A stretch of DNA of 64,000 nt from an uncultured virus (IMG/VR IMGVR_UViG_3300014043_000231) (lineage: Duplodnaviria; Heunggongvirae; Uroviricota; Caudoviricetes), in the IMG/VR virus record IMGVR_UViG_3300014043_000231; one strand, 5' to 3'. The notes below the pieces were generated by a model. It ran no database searches. It was not told where the DNA came from and saw only the letters and a program-made list of their open reading frames with translations. A program made the translations under genes and the position numbers. Positions 1 through 8,726 of the stretch are shown piece by piece; the first letter of the stretch is position 1; each line of letters begins with the position of its first letter.

Positions 1-1296
1 GGAAGCGATGATGTGTTCAAGTATAACCCAGCAATCAGGAAGGTTAAGGTAATCATCCCGGAACCCGCGAAGCAGCGTAATCCGAAACTACATGATAGGA
101 CTGAGCACCTGATTGCGCTCGGCAGCCAAGTCAAACAAAGCGTTCTCAAGCAAGTGAAGGATGACATACGCGGTTTGCATGCTGTTAGGGTGAAGGGTGG
201 TAAGGTTGGTTCACTGAAATTCACCAGTGAAGTGAACTCAATTAACCTACCGCAGTATGGTGTCACATGGCGGGTTAAGGGAAACTCTAATAGGATTAAA
301 ATACAGGGCATCCCCGGTTACTTGTATGTTAAGAACCTGCAACATGAACTCTTTAACACGCAGTATGATTATAATCTCGCGAACGCGAGATTATTGCGTC
401 GTTCGGATGGTTATTATATTGCTATAACAGCTTACCTGAGTAATGAGGATTATAAGGATAGGAAGGATAAGCATGATGCTAAGGTAATGAGGAAGGAACC
501 AGCATCGGATACTTACATTGGTGTTGATGCTGGTTTGCAGCACCAGTTCATTATGAGCACGAATGGTGAACCTGTTTACAAGGATGCATACCGGAGTGAA
601 TCGAAGCGGTCTAAACGCGCGAGAGCGCATCAGAGAATGAAGAAGCACGGCTCGAAACGGTATGATAAGTGTAAGCGGGTTATTCGTCAGGATTCGTCCT
701 ATGGTTGTTAAGCATGTTTGAAACTATTTGTATTCAGGATGAGCATTTTCAATCATGGTTCAGGGTGAATGGTTGTAAGATGAGTGATGGTATCCTCGGT
801 CGGGTTTACGCTGAATTGCGCGGGCTTGCTGGTGAGTCATCGCCGCGTGTCCTCATGTGCGATGAGTGGCAACCCACGACACAGTATTGTGCGTTCTGCG
901 GGCATTGTACTAAACATAAACTATCAGAGCGCGTGTTCCATTGCGCGTATTGCGGTTTTGAAATGGATCGGGATACTCACGCAGCATTGAATATGATTAT
1001 CCTCGCGTTGGAACCATTGCCTGCTTACTGGTGGCGATTATCTGAGTTTAAACCACTGGACTCAGTTAAAAGAATGGATAGTGGTTTAACCGTGCGTGAG
1101 AGCGCGGTTATTAATCACGCTGGTCTGCATTCAATTGCAGGGAATGTGAGTCGATTGGTTACACCAGTTGGCACTCTCGTGTCTGATGGTGATTACTGTC
1201 CAATCGCGTTTCCCGGCCAGTGAACCCACAGTGTTAACACTTGTTAATTCTGAGCATTATGCTGAAGCCCCGCGCTTCAGCGCTGGGGTATCTCAC
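1..1296 (+). mobile_element. IS200/IS605-family element (left part outside window) carrying a split tnpB
   Basis: TnpB motifs followed by a right-end hairpin GAAGCCCCGCGCTTCAGCGCTGGGGTATCTCAC (1264-1296) ending in TCAC; composition differs from flanking DNA. Confidence 0.85.
13..1223 (+). pseudogene. tnpB: TnpB-like RNA-guided nuclease split into two frames (13-711 and 705-1223)
   Basis: RuvC-I YIGVDAGL in ORF1; RuvC-II ICIQDE, zinc finger CAFC...CAYC and RuvC-III DRDTHAALN in ORF2; frame break and apparent deletion near 695-710. Confidence 0.85.
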
Positions 1297-1710
1297 ATGA
1301 CAATGATTGATGATTTCATGAATGCAGTGAAAATAGGAACGCATGAATGGTTCCAACCTGCTTATGATTGGATTGATAATCTGAACGAGAATGATTATCA
1401 TACCATCATCAATGAGAACTGCTTGTTCGCAATGAATCCAATGCTGTCAGTGATTTCAACGACACGGAACAGGAATTATGTGATTAATTTCCCGGAATTC
1501 GCATCATTCTTTAAAATGCAAATGAGAACAGACACGATAATCGGCGCTGGAATCATCGCATATCATGTCATCAATCTGTTTCCTGATGACATGATGAATA
1601 ATTTTGATGATAATGAATTCAATGCTCTCATAATCACATTCATTCATAATATTTGCAATGACATGCCATTGGAATACTGCGATGAGGCAATCAAATCAAT
1701 GATAATATGA
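1297..1710 (+). CDS. hypothetical protein with C-terminal MPLEY motif
   Basis: ATG immediately after the IS right end, in frame with ORF 1168-1710. Confidence 0.7.
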   Translation: MTMIDDFMNAVKIGTHEWFQPAYDWIDNLNENDYHTIINENCLFAMNPMLSVISTTRNRNYVINFPEFASFFKMQMRTDTIIGAGIIAYHVINLFPDDMMNNFDDNEFNALIITFIHNICNDMPLEYCDEAIKSMII

Positions 1711-1899
1711 TATGCTGCCATTGTTTTCATGATAACAATTAATGATGCGAAGGAGTTGTATTTAAAATTATCTGATGATTAATACTATTATAATAAGTCT
1801 CATGGTAATTGATTGAGCAGGAAATCCAGACAATATTCAATATAATATAATGATGGTATGAACGCATTGTAATCATATTGTGTTCATGCCATCATTATA

Positions 1900-3186
1900 T
1901 TATATTTTTAGTTTTGACAATAATACAGGGATTGGTTTATCAGGATTATCAATCATATATTTAATACTTTCTATTATTTCATCATGATTATTAAGCCAAT
2001 CATGTTCCCATATGAATGCAAGACGTATTCCTATCATTTCAGCAGCGGTTCGTTTCAACTTATGATATGATTCTGGTGTAGTATCTCTTTTTGACATCAT
2101 GGCATCACCATGCCACCAATCACCGTTATATTCAAATGCGATTCTTAATGACGGAATGAATATATCCATTTGCTTTTGACGTGCATCTTTTGAAATGTTA
2201 ACATCAGCGATTCCAAGAATTTTCATTGCTTTGCTGAAACAAGCGCTTCTATATTTCTTGATTTCATCCGCATATGTTGGCAATAATGAACATAGTTCAT
2301 CGGCTAATTCATTTTCCTCATTAGATTCACGGAACGCGCAAGCAGGACATCCATGCCCTTGAACGCGCGTATTCGGCGCAGCCTGCCATTCCTTTCCACA
2401 TTCAGGACATAACCACCAGTATTTCACAATTGTCCCGGGCATGACATCGCATGGTTTCACATTACCATTCTTAACCGGATGCCATTGCGCGGCAACCTCT
2501 GGATATAAGGTTTGCAAATCATTAAAACCGGTAAGAATACGCTGATGATTGCAATATGGACAACCATCACCGCGCGTGCGAGCAAGACAAGTTGCCTGCC
2601 AGTTTCCATTGCAATGTTTACAATGCCACCATGGAATTTGTCTGGTTCCATTCACGATGATTGTTTTTGTCCCGGGCATGACATCGCATGGTTTCACATT
2701 ACCATTCATTTTCCAAAACCATTGTCTTGCTATATCAGGGTGTGTTGTCATGAGATCATTGAAACCACGTCGTAATAATCTATGAGAACAAACTGGACAA
2801 CCAGCACCAGGTTTCGCCTGACATCTGTCATATATATCTGTTTGCCAGTCAAAACCGCATTTATTGCAATGCCACCATGCTTGCATATTGCTTGTACATG
2901 AAACCATATCAGGCGTGAAACCTTTATTCAATAATGGATGCCATGTCGCCGCCACATCAGGACGCTTTTCCTGCAAGCTTTTTCCGGTAGAACGGCTTAT
3001 AATTCTTGAACATCGTGCGCAACATCTATTCCTTTTATGGTTCATGTCATACATTGTATTCATGAATGGCTCATTACAATACGGACATGTCCACATTATA
3101 TCGGTTTTATAATCATTATCAGGAATAGCGTTAATGTCAATGCCAATATTGCATTCAGGACGAAATAAATCTGTTTTCCAGTTCAT
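1900..3186 (-). CDS. repeated zinc-ribbon (treble-clef/DUF4379-like) protein with C-terminal PD-(D/E)XK-like nuclease domain
   Basis: Repeats of P..A..WHP..N...P......WW.C..CG..W...R..G.GCP.C; C-terminal MDIFIPSLRIAFEYNGDWWH. Confidence 0.85.
   Translation of the reverse strand: MNWKTDLFRPECNIGIDINAIPDNDYKTDIMWTCPYCNEPFMNTMYDMNHKRNRCCARCSRIISRSTGKSLQEKRPDVAATWHPLLNKGFTPDMVSCTSNMQAWWHCNKCGFDWQTDIYDRCQAKPGAGCPVCSHRLLRRGFNDLMTTHPDIARQWFWKMNGNVKPCDVMPGTKTIIVNGTRQIPWWHCKHCNGNWQATCLARTRGDGCPYCNHQRILTGFNDLQTLYPEVAAQWHPVKNGNVKPCDVMPGTIVKYWWLCPECGKEWQAAPNTRVQGHGCPACAFRESNEENELADELCSLLPTYADEIKKYRSACFSKAMKILGIADVNISKDARQKQMDIFIPSLRIAFEYNGDWWHGDAMMSKRDTTPESYHKLKRTAAEMIGIRLAFIWEHDWLNNHDEIIESIKYMIDNPDKPIPVLLSKLKI
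2431..2707. repeat. 40-bp exact internal duplication within zinc-ribbon gene (2431-2470 and 2668-2707)
   Basis: tgtcccgggcatgacatcgcatggtttcacattaccattc occurs twice (NGNVKPCDVMPGT). Confidence 0.85.
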
Positions 3187-3221
3187 ATGCTCAATAATAG
3201 CATATTATTATAATATGATAA

Positions 3222-3260
3222 AATAAAAGAGCGCGGTTGGTTTTTCGCGCTCTTTTATTT
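3222..3260. terminator. intrinsic terminator hairpin
   Basis: aataaaagagcgcg...cgcgctcttttatt just after the RNA ligase stop. Confidence 0.7.
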
Positions 3261-3262
3261 TA

Positions 3263-4393
3263 TCAGTCGGCCTTCAGAAGATACTTGTTGCTGATGGTCT
3301 TAAAATGCTTCCATTCATCATGGAAACCATCAGGCAATTCACCGTCATAACGCCATACGACACCTTCCGCGAGGCGATTCTTATCCAATGCGGAATGAAT
3401 GCCATCAACCATGTTCAATGCCGCATCCATCATATCAAGCGGATCGCCGCCAGTATGGAATGGAAGCACCAAATCCAATTGCGGAACGACAATATCCTTA
3501 ACCGGTTCCACATCAGCCGGATTCATGCGTTCACCATCAATGAGGACATTGAACGCATGGAATTCAATGTCCTTACAGTTCAAACGATTACCGTTAATAC
3601 CGGGGCCGGTTGATTCGCCTTGAATGGCGACGGACACCGCATTCGGATACAATGCATGCAATGCATCCAGTCGAGCGTTCATGTCATAAGCATCATAATT
3701 ACGCCAATACACATTCACAGTTCCGTTAACATTGCGGAACGTGTTATCATCAGCGCGCTTAACCTCATTATTGCGAGAGCAAACGCCATCACGATAACCA
3801 TTCGGCTGTTCATCATCCTTCACACGATAATAAGTCGTGGAAGTTCCATCCAGTTTTTCAGATGGATGAAACTGCTTAATGAATTCATCCGTGTGTTCAT
3901 AACCGGCGAACCAGCGAATCATGGAAATCAAATTCTGAATTCGTTCCTCATCGGTACGGCTAAGAAACGACGGCCAGCTGCTCATGTTAGCAGGCCGTCC
4001 AATGATTTCAGGCGGATCATACTTCTGCACACCGAGCAGTTCACTGACATCCGTGCCTACGTCAATGTCCTCATTGATGTCAAATGCATCCAATGGAAGC
4101 GCAAGTCCCTGCGAAAGCTGCTTGCGCAGTTTAACAGTGCGCAGGACAACGCACATTTCACCTTTATCATTCTCACGGTTCTTACCACGTCCGGCAAGGG
4201 AAGCGAATTGTGGTTTATCCAATGGAAGCATGCTGTCAGGTTCAAAATAAATAATCTTATCACCCTCATGCATGTTCTCATCCTTGCCGATTACAACCGG
4301 CCAGCCGCCGATATGCGCGGTTTCAATCCTGTCCGCATCGGGAATAGGCGTGATGCGGTCAATAATGCGAATAGCAGCCATTTTACGAGCCAT
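3263..4393 (-). CDS. RNA ligase, DRB0094/Rnl2-like
   Basis: N-terminal PIPDADRIE...YFEPDS..P module; motif I SEKLDGTS, motif III QGE, IIIa FHAFNV, IV EGVV, V FKTISNKYLLK. Confidence 0.9.
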   Translation of the reverse strand: MARKMAAIRIIDRITPIPDADRIETAHIGGWPVVIGKDENMHEGDKIIYFEPDSMLPLDKPQFASLAGRGKNRENDKGEMCVVLRTVKLRKQLSQGLALPLDAFDINEDIDVGTDVSELLGVQKYDPPEIIGRPANMSSWPSFLSRTDEERIQNLISMIRWFAGYEHTDEFIKQFHPSEKLDGTSTTYYRVKDDEQPNGYRDGVCSRNNEVKRADDNTFRNVNGTVNVYWRNYDAYDMNARLDALHALYPNAVSVAIQGESTGPGINGNRLNCKDIEFHAFNVLIDGERMNPADVEPVKDIVVPQLDLVLPFHTGGDPLDMMDAALNMVDGIHSALDKNRLAEGVVWRYDGELPDGFHDEWKHFKTISNKYLLKAD

Positions 4394-4548
4394 ATTTATC
4401 CCTTTCATTCAAAGCTGCATTCATTGTATCATATGATTACATTGAAATCAAATCGTCGTATCGTATGTGTCTCGAATGCGGATAATATAAAAAATGACAC
4501 CAATGCTTTATATACATTGATGCCATTTGAATATTATTTTATAAAAAA

Positions 4549-5166
4549 TCATCCGAAAAACGTCATGACCGCCAATAAACCGATTATCAGGAATGGGATG
4601 ATTTCAATGAGAACACTGATGACGCTACCGGTCAGCATGTGTTCATTATTCACGGATTTCAAACCATTTGATTCCGGTCCGCCGTCATGATTACATGCAA
4701 TCATCCACCGGACATAACCAATGACAATGAGAATAACACCGCAATCCATTGTGAGACACCATGGGCATAATACATGAATGAACATGATGCTTGCGAGAAG
4801 CAGCCATCCTGCGAACAGAACACAGAAAGCGACACCGAGGCCGAGCAACCATTTGATTTGTTTAATCGGACGATAACCGAACATGAGCGCGCCGGTGAAA
4901 CCAATGAATATACCAAATGCAATCAAACCGAAAAACGCATTCGGAACCTGCGTGCCCCATAATGGTATCAGATTAGCATAAGCGCTTTTTGACACGCTGG
5001 AACATGACAGTTTACCATTCACATCACAACCGAGTACAGTATCCGGTGTTTTCGCGAGAATCAAACTGTCAACGCTTAATGCGCATGCCGCCAATGCCGC
5101 GATGCAACTACCAATGAACATGATGACGGCATTATAAATCCTGCCTGTCCTGATTAAACGAATCAT
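4549..5166 (-). CDS. vitamin K epoxide reductase (VKOR) family membrane protein
   Basis: Loop cysteines GCD...SCSSV, PNAFFG motif, active-site LCPWC, several TM helices. Confidence 0.9.
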   Translation of the reverse strand: MIRLIRTGRIYNAVIMFIGSCIAALAACALSVDSLILAKTPDTVLGCDVNGKLSCSSVSKSAYANLIPLWGTQVPNAFFGLIAFGIFIGFTGALMFGYRPIKQIKWLLGLGVAFCVLFAGWLLLASIMFIHVLCPWCLTMDCGVILIVIGYVRWMIACNHDGGPESNGLKSVNNEHMLTGSVISVLIEIIPFLIIGLLAVMTFFG

Positions 5167-5220
5167 AAGAAACCAAAACCTTCCGATTGAATGTCAGCAT
5201 TGTATGCAATATCAACAATG

Positions 5221-5532
5221 TCAACATATTTTAATTGTTCTCGCATAATTGAATATTTTATCATCCGGTTCACCGTTATCTTCCATTTCCATGAGCGCTG
5301 ACACTGCATTCTGCACAGTTCTGTATATTTTACTATCCGAACCTGTTATCAGATAAATGAAATCAATGAATCCAGGTGTCGCGCAATTCACATCAAGCCA
5401 TTCAATCCATGTCACGGCACGAATGCCATCAATGGAATCAGGCATGTGAATTATCGCCGTATCATCAAATTTGCAATCCAAACAGCCATTAAGATATTCA
5501 TTCACCACCTTATTAATAATATTAGTGTCCAT
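5221..5532 (-). CDS. hypothetical protein
   Basis: 103-aa ORF co-oriented with neighbours. Confidence 0.6.
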   Translation of the reverse strand: MDTNIINKVVNEYLNGCLDCKFDDTAIIHMPDSIDGIRAVTWIEWLDVNCATPGFIDFIYLITGSDSKIYRTVQNAVSALMEMEDNGEPDDKIFNYARTIKIC

Positions 5533-5547
5533 GATAACATGATATCA

Positions 5548-6960
5548 TCATTCATTCAATGCCGGATACCATTCGGTTTCATTGAATGGCGGCATTGAAC
5601 GCCATATTTGCATGCCGGTGAACGCAATGGTTATGATAATCAGACAACATATTATTCCAATGAGCAGATTCACCATTAGCGTATCCCTTGTTGACGGCAT
5701 ATCACGCCATTTCCAGAATGAAAGCACTGGAATCATGAGTGCAAGCATGAACACATAACGGAATGAGAAAGTTGACGGATACGGTGCAACAATACAACTT
5801 GCAACATGGAACACTATAAGCGCGGTTATCGCAATGATGAACACAATGATTTCACTGTCATCATCAATCATGTCCCGAATAACCGTTTTCATGCTCATGA
5901 TGATTCCAATGAATAATAGGATTATCATGATGACCGCAAGAATGAACATCATGGTTCCGAGCATGAGTTGCATCCTGTCATCATATTTGAAAGACTGGAA
6001 TAACGCGCTTTTGAATGTACCGAGAATAATGTTGCTTTCATTATAATCGCAACCTGCATAATCAATGTTACATACATAAGGACGGAATAATGATGGGAAT
6101 GATGAAAACCTATCCCACAGATTACCGGACAGGAACATTTCAGCTGGTTTTTGAATATACAGGAACGGCAGACCATACTGATAATGCTGAATCATAGGAT
6201 ACATGAAACCGAGTATTGACGCGATGACACCCGCATATGCTCCCTGAATTATGATTCCACATGCGCGCACATCCGCATGATGTCTAATGCTTCCAATGAT
6301 GAATACAATGAATGCAATGATGAGATAAATCGCATAACCATATTTCACGCTCATTCCAAGCCCCATGATTATTCCGATGCTGGCCGCATTCGACAAATCA
6401 GGTTCAATCCACCATTTCAACAAAAACAGGATTGTCAATCCTTCCATAACATACAGTAATGGATCAGGTGAAATCCACGCACTTGCATAAACCAATGTCG
6501 GTTGAAACGCAATGAACGCAATGAGGACATTACGAATGGCATGATTGCTTATAAGCATTCTGAGGATACGATTCAGAATAATTATGAATATGGTTATGAA
6601 AACAACCGATAATGTTTTCAAACTGTTTGCAATGACAGCATCAGATAAACCGGATAAACGGAATAGTTTAATCCATAATGCCGCAATCCAATAATATAAC
6701 GGCGGGTTGCTCCAACTCCATGTGTCCATTGTGTTCCAACCTGGCGTCGCCGGGAAATTATCCGCCATCCAGAACGCGAATGACGCATGCCCCGCATCGG
6801 CATTATACGCATAAGAATCAAACTGGCGGGAATCATATGGTGTTGCAATCGCATACATTGAACGCATGATTAAACTCATAAGCATTATCATGAACGCGCC
6901 GATACCATAATAATCACGGACATGCCGAATAATTGAATGCATTGTGATTTCCTTTCCCAT
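5548..6960 (-). CDS. GT-C fold membrane glycosyltransferase (PMT/ArnT-like)
   Basis: About 11-12 TM helices; first loop with D...H and NPPLYYWIAA motif; GLGMSVK. Confidence 0.75.
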   Translation of the reverse strand: MGKEITMHSIIRHVRDYYGIGAFMIMLMSLIMRSMYAIATPYDSRQFDSYAYNADAGHASFAFWMADNFPATPGWNTMDTWSWSNPPLYYWIAALWIKLFRLSGLSDAVIANSLKTLSVVFITIFIIILNRILRMLISNHAIRNVLIAFIAFQPTLVYASAWISPDPLLYVMEGLTILFLLKWWIEPDLSNAASIGIIMGLGMSVKYGYAIYLIIAFIVFIIGSIRHHADVRACGIIIQGAYAGVIASILGFMYPMIQHYQYGLPFLYIQKPAEMFLSGNLWDRFSSFPSLFRPYVCNIDYAGCDYNESNIILGTFKSALFQSFKYDDRMQLMLGTMMFILAVIMIILLFIGIIMSMKTVIRDMIDDDSEIIVFIIAITALIVFHVASCIVAPYPSTFSFRYVFMLALMIPVLSFWKWRDMPSTRDTLMVNLLIGIICCLIIITIAFTGMQIWRSMPPFNETEWYPALNE

Positions 6961-7036
6961 GCTATTTCAATCATATGATATCAAAAAATGGGAACAGTGA
7001 AACCGTTCCCATTAATGATTAGAATTCAACCGATTA

Positions 7037-8116
7037 TCAGTATTCCGAACTTGCGGCATCAGCCGGTTGACTGGAATCAGCTGATTCAGCACCTGTTGTC
7101 GCAGTTTCAGTGGATAAATCAGTTGATTCATCTGTTTCATCAGCAGTATATCCAATTAATGAACCAACATTTGATGACATACCGGCATATGGTATAGCCT
7201 GAATTTTACTACTGACGGTTCCAGCGGACGCAGCGACACCACCGAATGATGCGAACAGAATGACGCTTATGAGAACAGCGACAATGGACGCTCCGACATG
7301 TGAATGTTTAATGAGTCCAATCACACCGAGAATCAATGCGATGAGTCCAATGAGCGCGATTCCACCAGCGAACACAATGCCGAATAATTGGAAACTACCA
7401 GTGAAAATAAGGACAGTGAATGCAATGAGCGACCATGCGAACGGGAATATACCCGCCGCCAAACCGAGTCCAATGATGCCGAAACCAGCATCCTTGTCCG
7501 ATGGCACTGCTGACTCCGCAGTCTTCTCATCATTCTTGTTTTTACGTGGTTTACGAGCATGTTCCTTATTACCGACATCATTCAAATCCGGTGCGGCATC
7601 CGCTGGTTTATCCTGCGGAGCAGTGGATGATAATGATTGCATTGAATCCAATGGATCATCATCCTCCACTGGCGGGACAAAAGGACGAGCAGGCGCAGCA
7701 TGCGGACGCTGAGCTGGCATTCCAGCATTCATCTGAACCGGTGATGCCGGGGTTGCGAAAGGATTACGAGCATCAGGTTTCAATTCCTGCATACGACGAG
7801 CATTATATGCTTCCTCCGCTGGCATGGAAACAGGTTGAGACGGCATTGGCGAATCATCCATCGTGAAACCCTCATCATCAAAATCAAATGACATATCAGC
7901 GGGCGGTTGAGTCTGAGATGCCGGCATTTCCTGTGGAACCTGCTGCTGTGTATTCATTGCAGGCATTGGATTCACTGGGCGCGACTGAACAGGTTGCATT
8001 GGACGCTGCGCAGGCGTTTGCTGAAATGGTTGCTGTGGATTCATTGCAGGCATTGGACGCTGAGGCGCAGCTGGCACAGGGCGAACATTACGATTCGGTA
8101 ACGGCATGATAATCAA
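7037..8116 (-). CDS. Pro/Gln-rich membrane protein with three C-terminal TM helices
   Basis: Low-complexity N-terminus, then hydrophobic helices and a Ser/Thr/acidic tail. Confidence 0.75.
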   Translation of the reverse strand: MIIMPLPNRNVRPVPAAPQRPMPAMNPQQPFQQTPAQRPMQPVQSRPVNPMPAMNTQQQVPQEMPASQTQPPADMSFDFDDEGFTMDDSPMPSQPVSMPAEEAYNARRMQELKPDARNPFATPASPVQMNAGMPAQRPHAAPARPFVPPVEDDDPLDSMQSLSSTAPQDKPADAAPDLNDVGNKEHARKPRKNKNDEKTAESAVPSDKDAGFGIIGLGLAAGIFPFAWSLIAFTVLIFTGSFQLFGIVFAGGIALIGLIALILGVIGLIKHSHVGASIVAVLISVILFASFGGVAASAGTVSSKIQAIPYAGMSSNVGSLIGYTADETDESTDLSTETATTGAESADSSQPADAASSEY

Positions 8117-8158
8117 TTAACTCCAATCTGAAAAATAATTAATGTTAACAATCAAATA

Positions 8159-8392
8159 TCATCTGACACTATGATGCCGCATCATTGCAGGCATGAAATC
8201 AATGTCATCATCAGAATCATCAACGAGCATGAACAATGAATATGTTGAATCAACCGCATCAACCATATCAAGGATAATCAAATATAAGCCTGCCATCAAC
8301 AGCATTAAACCAATGAACGGCATTAAATGAGCAGCATCCAATGAATAATATAATGCCGGTTCATCAGGCGCAAGAATCATATGATTCATCAT
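8159..8392 (-). CDS. small membrane protein
   Basis: 77-aa ORF with one hydrophobic helix; overlaps upstream small ORF by 4 nt. Confidence 0.5.
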   Translation of the reverse strand: MMNHMILAPDEPALYYSLDAAHLMPFIGLMLLMAGLYLIILDMVDAVDSTYSLFMLVDDSDDDIDFMPAMMRHHSVR

Positions 8393-8726
8393 TCACCTCC
8401 CATTCGCAGTATTATAAATTTAACCAAACAGCCATATGCTGTTGCTACTGCCGTTATCACGGACATGACTGGAATCAGCACCGACATTACAGCTTTAATG
8501 AATACAAGTATTGTTTTCAATGCGTCCATATCATCATTCCTTTCCCTCATCCGTAACCATAATATCCAATCATGAACGCGGATTGACACGAGATGATATG
8601 ATTTGATTCATCCCATTGAACACTTCATGAATCACATCATAAAGTCGCGAGATCATTCATTCCCGGAACAACCCCGCGACCTTTAATCGGTGATTTGAAT
8701 AATGTCATGTATTCATGATATCAATA

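Noticed and set aside
3620..4690. 356-aa plus-strand ORF and many similar antisense ORFs
   Set aside because: Shadow frames of well-supported opposite-strand genes
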